Assembly: GCA_024644045.1 (NCBI GenBank)
Contig: JAHELT010000005.1
Span: forward strand, 8,149-72,148
Length of the DNA: 64,000 nt
Direction: 5' to 3'
From: Chromatiales bacterium
Lineage (GTDB): Bacteria; Pseudomonadota; Gammaproteobacteria; JAHELT01
This document shows, one piece after another, positions 38,643 to 48,363 of the stretch. The position numbers were made by a program, and so were the translations under genes. Position 1 is the first letter of the stretch; every line of letters begins with the position of its first letter. Under the pieces are notes generated by a model that was not told the DNA's origin, did no database searches, and saw nothing but the letters and a program-made list of their open reading frames with translations.

Positions 38643-38905
38643 GGACCTTCCGGTTGCAAGACGCGCTTTCAGATTTGAATCGCGTTTTCGGCGTGTGCGC
38701 CACCACGCACACGCCCACTTGCGGGGCAGTTCGCATCATCGGGATGGGATGCGCGGGCTACACGTCGGCGTGCGTCACCGGGACGTGACGCCTGCCCCGA
38801 TTGTTTTCCGCGGGTGAGATGCGGCCCTGCGCGCCGTCACCGGCGTTGTAAGCGCATGAAACCGTTGCAAACGGACCTGTTCAACTACAGCAAGGAGCCG
38901 GGCTT

Positions 38906-39154
38906 ATGATCTATTCAATCATCGGGAGGCGGACGGTCGCTGCGCGGGATGCACCGAGGTTGATTGGCAACCTCGGGCGCGCACTCACCAACGTGTTCAA
39001 CGAGCGCCGAACAATACGCTCACAGCGAAGCATTGCGCGTGCGCTGAGCGCGCTGAGCGACCGCACGCTGAACGACATCGGTATACCGCGCGGCATGATA
39101 CAGGCGGCTGCGTGTGCCATTGCGCGCGCCCACAACGAAGATCGGCAAGCCTAG
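38906..39154 (+). CDS. DUF1127-domain small protein
   Basis: AAGGAG RBS; RSIARALSALSDRTLNDIGIPRGMI. Confidence 0.8.
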   Translation: MIYSIIGRRTVAARDAPRLIGNLGRALTNVFNERRTIRSQRSIARALSALSDRTLNDIGIPRGMIQAAACAIARAHNEDRQA

Positions 39155-39160
39155 CAGTTT

Positions 39161-39189
39161 GACGGCGGGGCGACCCGCCGTTGCTTTTT
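39161..39189 (+). terminator. Intrinsic terminator after the DUF1127 gene
   Basis: GACGGCGGG-GCGA-CCCGCCGTT followed by GCTTTTT. Confidence 0.65.
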
Positions 39190-39275
39190 CGCGCGGCGTT
39201 CGCACGCGCCGGCCACCGAGTCAATTGCCGAAGGCAACGACCGCGCCTCTGAACCGCATCGCTGCGGTTTCGATT

Positions 39276-40067
39276 TCAGGCCGCCTGCTCGGCGGCGAGT
39301 ACACGCAGGCAGTCGTCGTCCAGCGGCTCGATCGGTGTAAAATCACGGTGCGCAATCCATTCCGCACGCTTGAAGCGGCGAATATGATTACTCACCTCAC
39401 ACAGGCTCAGGTACACGATAGTACGCGGCCAGGGGCTGATGTTGGGTGGGCTGGCGTGCACCAGATTGCTGTGAAACAGCAGCACACCGCCGGGTTCGCC
39501 GACCGGCGCGACGATGCCGCCGCGCTCGGCGAGTGCAGTGATCGTCGCACGGTCGAGCGTCCACAAAGGATAGCTGGTCGTTTCGAGGTCGTGACCGGCA
39601 GGCAGCACGCCGGACACGTGACTGCCGGGGATGAACAGCAGCGGCCCGTTGTAGGCGGCCACCTCATCGACGAACACGGCGATGTTCATCGCGCGCGGCT
39701 CCGGCATGTCGTCATCGCGGTTCCAGGTGCCGAAATCCTGGTGCCATTGCCACACGGCGCCGTCGAAAGCGGCCTTCGCGTTGACCTTGTACTGGTGGAT
39801 GTACACCTGCCCGTCCAGCAGCTGCATGACGGGTTCGATCAGCCGCGGATGTGCGCCCAGGCGACGGAACGCCTCGTCGTAGGTGTGGGCCGCGAAAGCG
39901 GTGCGCGGCGCCCCGTTCTCTTCGCGCCACACCTCTTCACGATCGAGCGCGTAAACCCGCTCGGCGGCGCTGTGCAGCAACGCCACTTCCGCGGCGTCGA
40001 AAACACCGGGCAGAAACAGGTACCCGCTCTGTTCGAACTTTCGAATCTGCGAGGCATCGAGTCGCAT
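39276..40067 (-). CDS. Fe(II)/2-oxoglutarate dioxygenase, PhyH family (ectoine/proline hydroxylase-like)
   Basis: HQYKVNAK, WQWHQD, NGPLLFIPGSH, HSNLVHAS..N. Confidence 0.88.
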   Translation of the reverse strand: MRLDASQIRKFEQSGYLFLPGVFDAAEVALLHSAAERVYALDREEVWREENGAPRTAFAAHTYDEAFRRLGAHPRLIEPVMQLLDGQVYIHQYKVNAKAAFDGAVWQWHQDFGTWNRDDDMPEPRAMNIAVFVDEVAAYNGPLLFIPGSHVSGVLPAGHDLETTSYPLWTLDRATITALAERGGIVAPVGEPGGVLLFHSNLVHASPPNISPWPRTIVYLSLCEVSNHIRRFKRAEWIAHRDFTPIEPLDDDCLRVLAAEQAA

Positions 40068-40182
40068 GACCGTCCCCCTGGCTGAGTTCCCGCTGTCTTG
40101 CTCCAGGCCCGGAGATTAGCATGCTGCGCCGCTCAGCGGCCATCGCCCCACCCTGCTATCCCCAGCACGGTGTCGACAGAAT

Positions 40183-40491
40183 TCAGACGACGGACAATAC
40201 GTTTTCGGCGAACTCGAGCGTGCGGCCGTCGAGATTTCTTACTTGCTCCGGCTGCGGAAAGAGCACGGTGTATTGCTCGAGCCGCGCTGTCACAACCTTA
40301 CTGGGTGTGCCCGGAAACTTACGCGGCAGGACACCGGCGATCCATCCTTTCTCGGACAGCACCAGCACCAGCACGTCGTCTTCCGGGTTCATCTCCGCCT
40401 TCAGATAGCGCCAGGCGCTGCTGCGTACGGTAACCGCCACGCGCGGTGATTCGACGATTGCATGAACACCCGTACTCTCGCTCGCTGACAT
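40183..40491 (-). CDS. Hypothetical protein
   Basis: Fills a gap between co-oriented genes; globular-looking composition. Confidence 0.45.
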   Translation of the reverse strand: MSASESTGVHAIVESPRVAVTVRSSAWRYLKAEMNPEDDVLVLVLSEKGWIAGVLPRKFPGTPSKVVTARLEQYTVLFPQPEQVRNLDGRTLEFAENVLSVV

Positions 40492-40810
40492 AACCGCTAT
40501 CCGGACCTGACGCTGTAGGGGCCATGATTAAGCAAGAAACAGCCCATTAACGCCTGGGCGCTCACAATTCTCGAGGAAAGTCCCACTCGGTAGATCGCCG
40601 GTAGTCGCGGCGCGGCGCAGCCCCGTTGTAGAAGGATATCGGACCACAGCGCATTGACCCGCTCACGCGCCTGCACGTCACGGAAGTGCATATCGGATTG
40701 CGGCCGCGGCACGTGTGCGAAGTTACGGGGCAGTCCTTACCGCGCGCCAACTGCACAAAGCTCGTGCCCCGTGTCTGGCGGACGTGAGGTTGCCGCCGGC
40801 GAAAGCGTCA

Positions 40811-41305
40811 TCATCGCCGGACGTCGGAATCCACCTCCACCGCTTCCGCAACTTTGACCGGTTCGGGCTTCACGGGCGCCTCGCGCGTCTCGGTGACAGG
40901 CGGGGTGTCCGACTGCGCCAGGCGCTCGTCCAGGTTGATATCGACCTCGGCGCCCGGCGTGCGCGGCGGCACCGTAATGGCTTCGGCATCGTCCAGCGTT
41001 TCGGGCAGCATCTGGTCGGGCAGCTCGATGGGCGGCAGCCGCTTGGCGCCACGGGCAAGACCGGTCGCCCCCTGCGCCAGGTGGTCGTGCAGGTTGCGAT
41101 ACTTCTCGGTCACTTCCTGAAACAGGTCGGCCGTCCGTTCGAAGTGCTGGTCAACCTGCTCGCGGTAGTTCTCGGCCTCGGTTTCGAGCTCGGCCAGCTT
41201 GCTCTGCAGCCCCTGCCCACCGAGAAGCCGGTGCCGCAGCAGATACATCACCAGGGCGCCCACTGCGGCGCCCGCAACGAAAACAGCGGCCATGTTCCAG
41301 TCCAT
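40811..41305 (-). CDS. YhcB/ZapG (DUF1043) family membrane protein
   Basis: N-terminal TM helix, YREQVDQHFERTADL...YRNLHDHLAQGA. Confidence 0.85.
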   Translation of the reverse strand: MDWNMAAVFVAGAAVGALVMYLLRHRLLGGQGLQSKLAELETEAENYREQVDQHFERTADLFQEVTEKYRNLHDHLAQGATGLARGAKRLPPIELPDQMLPETLDDAEAITVPPRTPGAEVDINLDERLAQSDTPPVTETREAPVKPEPVKVAEAVEVDSDVRR

Positions 41306-41337
41306 CCTTCCGTACCCTCCTCTCGCCGGGGCGTGAC

Positions 41338-42042
41338 TCAGTTGATCGTAACGACGAAGTTCGGTTGCGCGTACTCGATACCGGCGCGGGGTTTGAGCGC
41401 GTTGATGACGTTCAACGTCGTCGCCTGCAGATCGATCCGCAGCTCTATCTCCGGCGGTGCCGGGCGCGCGGCAACGACATAGTGGCGGTGCGACAGCCGA
41501 GTCGCAAGCAGGTTCTGCACGTAGGTCCCTTCGGCATCCGCCTGCGCGCCCTGCGCCAGATCGCTGCCGGGGACCGGCTCGATCACCAGGCGGTCGCGCC
41601 AGTACCGCTGCGCGCCGCCGACGCGATCGACGGCGACGCGCTTCACCCCCGGGGCCTCGCGCAGGCGGCCCGCCGCCTGCTCCAGCACCGCGCTGCGCTC
41701 GATCTCCAGGATCGCCTCGCGTCCGGCTGTTATCCCGCGCACGAACAGCGGCACATCGAGCGCCGCTGCCAGGGTCTGCACGTACGCGTCCAGTGCGGCG
41801 GATCCCGTTTCACCGCTGGCATGCAGCCGCGTGATTTCACTGTCGGCCGCGCCGCCGGCGGCGAACTTCACCAGCATCTGCCCGGCCGCCAGCGGTTCCT
41901 GGTCGGCCGGCGCGGCGGCGCCTGCCCAAAGCGGGGCACAAACCATCCACACGCACAGCAGCCCGGCCGCCCGGGTGGGCGAACCCGCGGTGCCCGCGAC
42001 CGGGCGCGGCCTGAGAACCCAGCCTTTCAGCGAGCGCCCCAC
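41338..42042 (-). CDS. Secreted stand-alone subtilase propeptide/I9-like protein (start uncertain)
   Basis: GQMLVKF and IEYAQPNFVV mirror the propeptide of the adjacent S8 protease; no catalytic domain. Confidence 0.65.
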   Translation of the reverse strand: MGRSLKGWVLRPRPVAGTAGSPTRAAGLLCVWMVCAPLWAGAAAPADQEPLAAGQMLVKFAAGGAADSEITRLHASGETGSAALDAYVQTLAAALDVPLFVRGITAGREAILEIERSAVLEQAAGRLREAPGVKRVAVDRVGGAQRYWRDRLVIEPVPGSDLAQGAQADAEGTYVQNLLATRLSHRHYVVAARPAPPEIELRIDLQATTLNVINALKPRAGIEYAQPNFVVTIN

Positions 42043-43895
42043 GACCGGGCCAACCGGTTGCGCCGGTAGAGCGCCAGCGCGAACAGCGCCACCAACGCGT
42101 ACCACCCGAACGCCGAAGCCACCTCCACCTGCACCCGCGCCGGTGCCGTCTGCGACTGTCCGGGAATCCGCACCACGATCTCGGTATTGCCTTCCTGCAG
42201 GCCGTTGACCGTGGTCTGCGAACGGCCCGCCGAGTCGGTCACGCCGCTGCCCGGATTGACGGTCGCCACGTTCGTGGCGGCGCTTGTATAACTGACCGCC
42301 TCATCCGCGAGACCCGCGCCGCCCTGGGTCACAGTCACCGTGATCACCGCGCTGTCGCCCTCGTCGAGCTCGAGCGAACCCGGCTCGACGCTCAGCAGCA
42401 CAGGCTGCGGTTGCGGCGGCTCGGGCGGCTCCGGTGGTTCGGGCACGACCCGGATGTCGGCATTCAGCAGCCCTGCACCGCAGTCTCTGGAGCACTGCTG
42501 TGACGAACGGGGGATGGCGTTGTCTACAATCAGCTGGCTCACCTGCTGCGGCGTCAGGCTGGCGTCCTGGGCGAGCAGCAGGGCGGCGACGCCGGCCACG
42601 TGCGGGCTGGCCATGGAGGTGCCGTTGAAAAAGGCAAAGCCGCCCTGCACCATGCTCAGCACGCCGTCGGGATTACCGTCGTTGTTGTCGTCGCGCTGGG
42701 TGTCGCCGCCGGGCGCCATGATTTCGACCGTGCTGCCGAAGTTGGAGTAGCGGCGCACGAGATGACCGCGGAAATCGCTGGCCGCAACGGTGATCACACC
42801 GTCGCAGCTCGCCGGCAACGAGTTGGCCGCGTCGGATGCATCGTTGCCGGCCGCAACCACCACCGTGACGCCGGCCGCGACCGCATCGTTGATTGCGGCC
42901 TGGGTCGATGGCGACGCACTGCACGGGGCGCCGGCACCCAGGCTCATGTTGATGACCCGCGCCGGATTGGGGTTGGCCGGCACACCCGGGACGGACAGAC
43001 CGGCCGCCCAGCGGATACCGTCGTTGATATCGCTGATACTGCCGCCGCACTTTCCGAGCACGCGCACCGCCTGCACACGACCGTTCCAGCTCACGCCGGC
43101 GACCCCGCTGGCGTTGTCGGTGCGGCCCACGCCGACCGTACCCGCGACGTGCGTCCCGTGCCAGCTGGAGTCCTGCGGCCGGCTGCCGGGGAAGCATTCG
43201 CCCGCCGCGATCGCGTCGCCCGGATCGGTCGGATCGCCGTCCCGGCCGTCGCCGTCGTTGGCGGTGAACGCGCTCGATATCATGTCGAACCCGCTCGCGA
43301 GATTCGGCGTGCCCACGATATCAGGATGATTCGGCAGAATACCGGTGTCCAGCACGGCGACGACGATCGCCGGATCGCCTGTCGTGATGTCCCAGGCCGC
43401 TGGCAGGTTGATCCCGCCGGGGGACTGCAGGTTGCCGCTGCCGTTGGTCTGGTAGTGCCACTGCACCGGGTAACCTGGATCGTTCGGCTCGCGCACGATG
43501 TTCACCAGGAAGTTGGGCTGCGCATACTCGACGTCTGCGCGCGCGCTCATTTCGCTCACCGCGTCGAGCACCGCGCTGTTCGCCTGCTGCGCGGTCATGG
43601 CGCTGATTGTGGCCGGCGGCAGGCGATAGATGTACTCGCCGCCCGAGGTCTGGGTGACGTGGCCCTCGAGTCCCTGGGCGCGTATCCGCGCCTCCGCCTC
43701 CGCGGTCTGCTGCCGGTACTTGACGATGACCTGGCCGGGCACGAAGCGCAGCGTCCCACCGCTGTTGAGCAGGGCCTGGCGCTCGGTGTCGGTCATCGGG
43801 ACGATGTCCAGGCCGGGCTGCTGCGCGAGTGCACAGGGCGCCCCGGCGATACTCAGCGCGACGGCAACGCGGCGCAGTAGCTTCGAATTCTGCAT
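42027..43895 (-). CDS. S8 subtilisin-like serine protease with Ig-like domain and C-terminal membrane anchor
   Basis: Signal peptide; triad VLDTG, HGTHVAG, GTSMASPHVAG; AAGND; Pro-rich linker; TM segment plus RR tail. Confidence 0.93.
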   Translation of the reverse strand: MQNSKLLRRVAVALSIAGAPCALAQQPGLDIVPMTDTERQALLNSGGTLRFVPGQVIVKYRQQTAEAEARIRAQGLEGHVTQTSGGEYIYRLPPATISAMTAQQANSAVLDAVSEMSARADVEYAQPNFLVNIVREPNDPGYPVQWHYQTNGSGNLQSPGGINLPAAWDITTGDPAIVVAVLDTGILPNHPDIVGTPNLASGFDMISSAFTANDGDGRDGDPTDPGDAIAAGECFPGSRPQDSSWHGTHVAGTVGVGRTDNASGVAGVSWNGRVQAVRVLGKCGGSISDINDGIRWAAGLSVPGVPANPNPARVINMSLGAGAPCSASPSTQAAINDAVAAGVTVVVAAGNDASDAANSLPASCDGVITVAASDFRGHLVRRYSNFGSTVEIMAPGGDTQRDDNNDGNPDGVLSMVQGGFAFFNGTSMASPHVAGVAALLLAQDASLTPQQVSQLIVDNAIPRSSQQCSRDCGAGLLNADIRVVPEPPEPPEPPQPQPVLLSVEPGSLELDEGDSAVITVTVTQGGAGLADEAVSYTSAATNVATVNPGSGVTDSAGRSQTTVNGLQEGNTEIVVRIPGQSQTAPARVQVEVASAFGWYALVALFALALYRRNRLARSWGAR

Positions 43896-44109
43896 AGTGA
43901 CTCTCCGTGTTCGATTCGGGGCAGGCGCACGCCGCCACGCGCGGCGGTTGCCGGGCACGCGGGTGCGCCATTGCGGGTTGTGGACTTTCGGTTACAGTAG
44001 CTCTGGTGGTACGCCGATACTAATACCGGAACCCGGAAAAGCAAACCCGGACACAGTGTGACAGGTGTTAATTCCCACATACTTGTCCCGCTCATCGGGT
44101 CAATTGATC

Positions 44110-45588
44110 ATGTATGACAGCAAAGACCTAGTACTGCTCATCAAATCCCGTGTGCCGCTGATCGTGATCGAGACGCGCGACGAGCGGCGTGCGCTCAACC
44201 TCCTGATCGAGAACACCGTGCAGCTGCGGGACTACCACGCGGTGCACAAATGGTCGATCACCGAGGGCCTGCAGCGCATCGACATCGCGCTCGAGCCGCA
44301 ACGGTTCAACGCCGACCCGGCCGAGGCGCTGCGTCATATTCTGTCCGTGGAGCGCCCCGGCATCTACGTGCTGCTGGACTTTCATCCGTACCTGAAAGAT
44401 CCCATGCACGTGCGCCTGATCAAGGACCTGTGCCTGCGCCAGGACCCGCCCCGCACGCTCATTCTGCTCAGTCACAGCATCGAGGTGCCGGCCGAGCTCG
44501 AGCACTTCAGCGCACGCTTCGAGTTGTCCCTGCCGGACGAAACCGAGCGCGAGCGGATCGTGCGCGAAGTGGCCGCGGAATGGGTCAAGGACGGCGGCAA
44601 GACGGTGAAAACCGATGCCTCGGCCTTCGAACGCCTGATCAGCAACCTTGCGGGCCTGACCGCACCCGATACGCGGCGCCTCGCACGCAACGCCATCTAC
44701 AACGACGGTGCGATTTCGCACAACGACGTGGAGCGCGTGATGCGCGCCAAGCATGAGCTGCTGAACCGCAACGGCCTGCTCGCCTACGAGTACGAAACCG
44801 CGCAGTTCAGCGAAGTCGGGGGCCTGCGCCGGTTGAAACACTGGCTGGAGACGCGCCGTCAGGCGTTTCTGGACGACAGCCGGACGACCCGGCTGGACCC
44901 GCCCGACGGTCTGCTGCTGATCGGCGTTCAGGGATGCGGCAAGAGTCTGTCCGCCAAGGCGACGGCCGGCATTCTCGGCATACCGCTGGTGCGCCTGGAC
45001 TTCGGCTCGCTGTACGACAAGTATCACGGTGAATCGGAGCGCCGCCTGCGCAACGCGCTGGAGACCGCCGAGGTGGTTGCGCCCTGTGTGCTGTGGATCG
45101 ACGAGATCGAGAAGGGCATCGCCAGCAGCGACACGGACGGCGGCACCTCACGGCGGTTGCTCGGCTACTTTCTGACCTGGCTGGCGGAGAAGCAGGCGCG
45201 GGTGTTCGTCGTGGCAACCGCCAACGACATTTCGTCGCTGCCGCCGGAGCTGATCCGCAAGGGTCGGTTCGACGAGATATTCTTCGTCGATCTGCCCGGA
45301 CACGCGGTACGCCAGGATATCTTCGCGGTGCACCTGCGCAAACGCGGCATCGACCCTCAGCGCTTCGACCTCGGCCAGCTCGCGGAGGCCAGCCGGGGGT
45401 TCTCGGGCGCCGAGATCGAGCAGGCGGTGGTCGCCGCCCTGTACCGCGCCCATGCCGAGGGGGGCGAGATGACCGGCGCGCACGTGCTGGAGGAACTCCG
45501 GAACACCAGCCCGTTGTCGGTGGTTATGGCGGAACAGCTTCAGGCGCTGCGCGACTGGGCGAGCGAGCGCGCGGTGAGCGCCGATTGA
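44110..45588 (+). CDS. AAA+ ATPase, Ycf46-like
   Basis: LLDFHPYL, Walker A GVQGCGKS, Walker [30 protein letters not shown]. Confidence 0.9.
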   Translation: MYDSKDLVLLIKSRVPLIVIETRDERRALNLLIENTVQLRDYHAVHKWSITEGLQRIDIALEPQRFNADPAEALRHILSVERPGIYVLLDFHPYLKDPMHVRLIKDLCLRQDPPRTLILLSHSIEVPAELEHFSARFELSLPDETERERIVREVAAEWVKDGGKTVKTDASAFERLISNLAGLTAPDTRRLARNAIYNDGAISHNDVERVMRAKHELLNRNGLLAYEYETAQFSEVGGLRRLKHWLETRRQAFLDDSRTTRLDPPDGLLLIGVQGCGKSLSAKATAGILGIPLVRLDFGSLYDKYHGESERRLRNALETAEVVAPCVLWIDEIEKGIASSDTDGGTSRRLLGYFLTWLAEKQARVFVVATANDISSLPPELIRKGRFDEIFFVDLPGHAVRQDIFAVHLRKRGIDPQRFDLGQLAEASRGFSGAEIEQAVVAALYRAHAEGGEMTGAHVLEELRNTSPLSVVMAEQLQALRDWASERAVSAD

Positions 45589-45589
45589 G

Positions 45590-45860
45590 TCAGGCGTCGC
45601 GGCGCCGCGGCTGCCTCAGGCACAGGGCCAGGGGTATCAGCGCCAACGCCAGCACCGCGGTTGCCAGGTACGCGTTCACGTAACCGATCATGAGCGCCTG
45701 GCGACCGATCTCGGCGTCGATCGCCGCGAGGCCTTTCAGACTGGACAGATCCCAAAGCTGCGCGTACTCACGATAACGCAGCAGCTCGAGTGCCGGCAGC
45801 ACGCGGGTGGCGAGTTCCTCATGGCTGATCTGCGTCGTGTGAGTCAACAGCGCCACCCCA
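45590..45860 (-). pseudogene. C-terminal remnant of a DHA2 (EmrB/QacA) MFS transporter
   Basis: HEELA...GLAAIDAEIGRQALMIGYVNAY + final TM helix; the other helices are absent. Confidence 0.55.
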
Positions 45861-46081
45861 GCCAGTGCTTCGCCGAGGCCGCCCGGCAGCGCAGTCCGAT
45901 CGACGCCGCTCACGCACGTACGATCCGTGTGCGCAGCGCCATCGGTCTCCCAGACGAGCGCACACTCCAGATTTTCGGCGTGCGCGGTGAGCATTCGGCA
46001 CCTCGGGGCCGGCGCGGCGAACGGCGCGACGCGCGCAAATACCCCTGATGACCTCCCGCCCTCCCGCCGCGCGGCCCGGGC

Positions 46082-47008
46082 TTACGATTGCCCGTGCAGC
46101 AGGTGCAGCAGAATGGCTTTCTGCGCGTCCAGGCGGTTCTCCGCCTGATCGTAGATAATCGAGTTGGGGCTCTCGACCAGATCCTCGGCGATCTCGTAAC
46201 CGTGATGGATAGGCATGTCGTGCATGATCATCGCGCGGCTGTCGCCGAGCAACTCCCGGTTGAGCTGATAGGGCAGCATGATCGCGCAGCGCTTTTCCTT
46301 TTCCTCCCGCTGTGCGGGGTCGTTGAAGAACTCCATGTCCAGCCAGGTGTCCGTGTACACGTAGTCCGCATCGGCCACCGCCGCCCTGGCATCCAGCGTT
46401 TCGGTGAGCAGGCCCTCCGCCAGCAATCGTTCACGGCTCTCGGCATCGATCACCGACGCGTCACGTATCGGGCACACCAGCGTGAGATGCACACCAAGCG
46501 GTGCGCAGATCGACACCAGCGAGTTGACGACGTTGTTGTAGACGCCGATGTAGGTCAGGCGTGCGCCGTGCGTGCCCTGCGCCCGGTGCTCGGCAATAGT
46601 CAGCATGTCGGCCAGTGCCTGGCACGGGTGATACAGGTTGCAGCACCCGTTGATCACCGGTACGGAGGCAGCCTTCTCCATTTCCAGCAGGTCCGCGTTG
46701 TCCTTGAGGCGCGCCATGATCATCGCGGCGTTGCGGCACAGGTAGCGGGTCTCGAAGGCGATCTTGCTGAGGGTGAAGTTTGTGGCCCGCCAGTCGAGGT
46801 TGATGGCATGGCCGCCGAGTTCGACCATGCCGGCCTCGAACGAGACCCGCGTGCGCGTCGAGGTCTTCTGAAACAGCATGACCAGAGTGCGCCCCTGCAT
46901 GTGCCCCTGATACTCCCAGCGATGGTGCTTGACGAAGCGGGCGAGCGCCAGAATCGCCTCGATATCGCCGTCCTGCCAGTATTTCCAGTCGATAAGGTGT
47001 TTGGCCAT
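46082..47008 (-). CDS. argF: Ornithine carbamoyltransferase (divergent type)
   Basis: KTSTRTRVSFE, HPCQALAD, DQAENRL; HDMP replaces HCLP. Confidence 0.8.
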   Translation of the reverse strand: MAKHLIDWKYWQDGDIEAILALARFVKHHRWEYQGHMQGRTLVMLFQKTSTRTRVSFEAGMVELGGHAINLDWRATNFTLSKIAFETRYLCRNAAMIMARLKDNADLLEMEKAASVPVINGCCNLYHPCQALADMLTIAEHRAQGTHGARLTYIGVYNNVVNSLVSICAPLGVHLTLVCPIRDASVIDAESRERLLAEGLLTETLDARAAVADADYVYTDTWLDMEFFNDPAQREEKEKRCAIMLPYQLNRELLGDSRAMIMHDMPIHHGYEIAEDLVESPNSIIYDQAENRLDAQKAILLHLLHGQS

Positions 47009-47060
47009 GGCGCTCAGTATACTTGCCGCCGACGGTGAGGTGCGGCCGCCACGGGGGCTG

Positions 47061-47888
47061 TTACCCGGGCTTGCTCGCGATCAGGCGGATACCGCCCAGG
47101 TTGCCCGCGGTGAAGAGTTTCACGATCGCCCCGTAGAAGTCATCCAGCCCGTCGACGATCTCCGCCCCGTGCAGCGCCAGGTTGCGCGCGCGCTGTGCGC
47201 GAAACCCCGACCAGCGTTCCTGCACGAAAGCGGTCCAGGCCTCGGACATGTCGATCAGCTCGAGCGCTTCGAATCCGGCCGCCGACAGCTCCTCGCGGTA
47301 CTCGTCCATACTCGGGACGCGTTCGCAGAACACGTCGCGCGCCAGACTTTCCTGCTCACCCGGGGTGAACTCACCGCGCGCGAAATAATCCTCAACGTAC
47401 ATGCCGCCACCCGGTTTGAGCGCTTCGAAGCAGCGTGCATAAAGTTCCCTGCGCTGCGGTATGTGCAAAAACGTCAACCAGCTGACCACGGCGTCGTACT
47501 CGTCCGGGCTCACGCCATCCAGCACGTTCCCGCACAGGTGATCGACCCTGTCGCTCAACCCGCAGCGCTCGGTAAGCTGCACGGCGGTTGCGTGCAGGTC
47601 GGGCTGCAGTTCCAGCGCCGCCATCCTGCAACCGCAGCGGTGAGCCAGGTGCCGGGACGGCCCGCCGATGCCCGAGCCGACCTCCAGGACGTTCAGCTCG
47701 GGCGTCAGGCCGAGTCGGCGCACCGCCTCGTCGACGGCCTCGGTTCCGAGGTAGTGATACTGATCGAAGGCGACGAGCTGCTGCACGTCTATCGGCGCAT
47801 CGCCGGCCACGCCGAGCGCCCGCAGCTCGTTGAACACGCGCTCCACCTGGTGGTAGAGCTTCATGGTCTTGATGTCGGCGCCGCTCAC
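47061..47888 (-). CDS. Class I SAM-dependent methyltransferase (sarcosine/dimethylglycine N-methyltransferase-like)
   Basis: DQYHY.G, LEVGSGIGGP, FLHIP, LKPGG. Confidence 0.85.
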   Translation of the reverse strand: MSGADIKTMKLYHQVERVFNELRALGVAGDAPIDVQQLVAFDQYHYLGTEAVDEAVRRLGLTPELNVLEVGSGIGGPSRHLAHRCGCRMAALELQPDLHATAVQLTERCGLSDRVDHLCGNVLDGVSPDEYDAVVSWLTFLHIPQRRELYARCFEALKPGGGMYVEDYFARGEFTPGEQESLARDVFCERVPSMDEYREELSAAGFEALELIDMSEAWTAFVQERWSGFRAQRARNLALHGAEIVDGLDDFYGAIVKLFTAGNLGGIRLIASKPG

Positions 47889-47916
47889 CGGGGCGCTCCC
47901 GAAACGGCTTGCCGCC

Positions 47917-48285
47917 TCACTGCATTCGCTCCAGCGCGAACATGCCGAAGCCCAGCACCGAGAGCAGCACGCCGAGCCCTCTGCCGAGGTAGAGCAGCTG
48001 CGTGCGTCGCGCCGTATCGCCTCCCCGCTCGCTGCCCGTCAGCGCCGAATCCTCCGCGGATTGTCGAGCCAGCAGATCGACGGCGGATTTGTCGATGTGC
48101 CCGCCGGGCGCCGCCTTGCCGCCGTGCAGGTCGAGCCGCACACTGATGTAAAGCACGATCAGGCCGACCAGGCCGACCCCGAACCAGCCCAGCCGCGTGC
48201 CGACGCCCATCGCGTAGACGATCACCAGGCCGACACCGATGGCGGCGGCGAGCAGCAGCCCGCGGGTTTGTGCGCGCGAAGCCAT
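47917..48285 (-). CDS. Hypothetical three-helix membrane protein
   Basis: Three hydrophobic segments; co-oriented with the downstream genes. Confidence 0.6.
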   Translation of the reverse strand: MASRAQTRGLLLAAAIGVGLVIVYAMGVGTRLGWFGVGLVGLIVLYISVRLDLHGGKAAPGGHIDKSAVDLLARQSAEDSALTGSERGGDTARRTQLLYLGRGLGVLLSVLGFGMFALERMQ

Positions 48286-48363
48286 AGCCCGGTAACTCTA
48301 TCGGACGTGCGGCGGCGGTACAAATGCGGCTACACTGTCGCCTACCGCAACGGACACCGGCAA

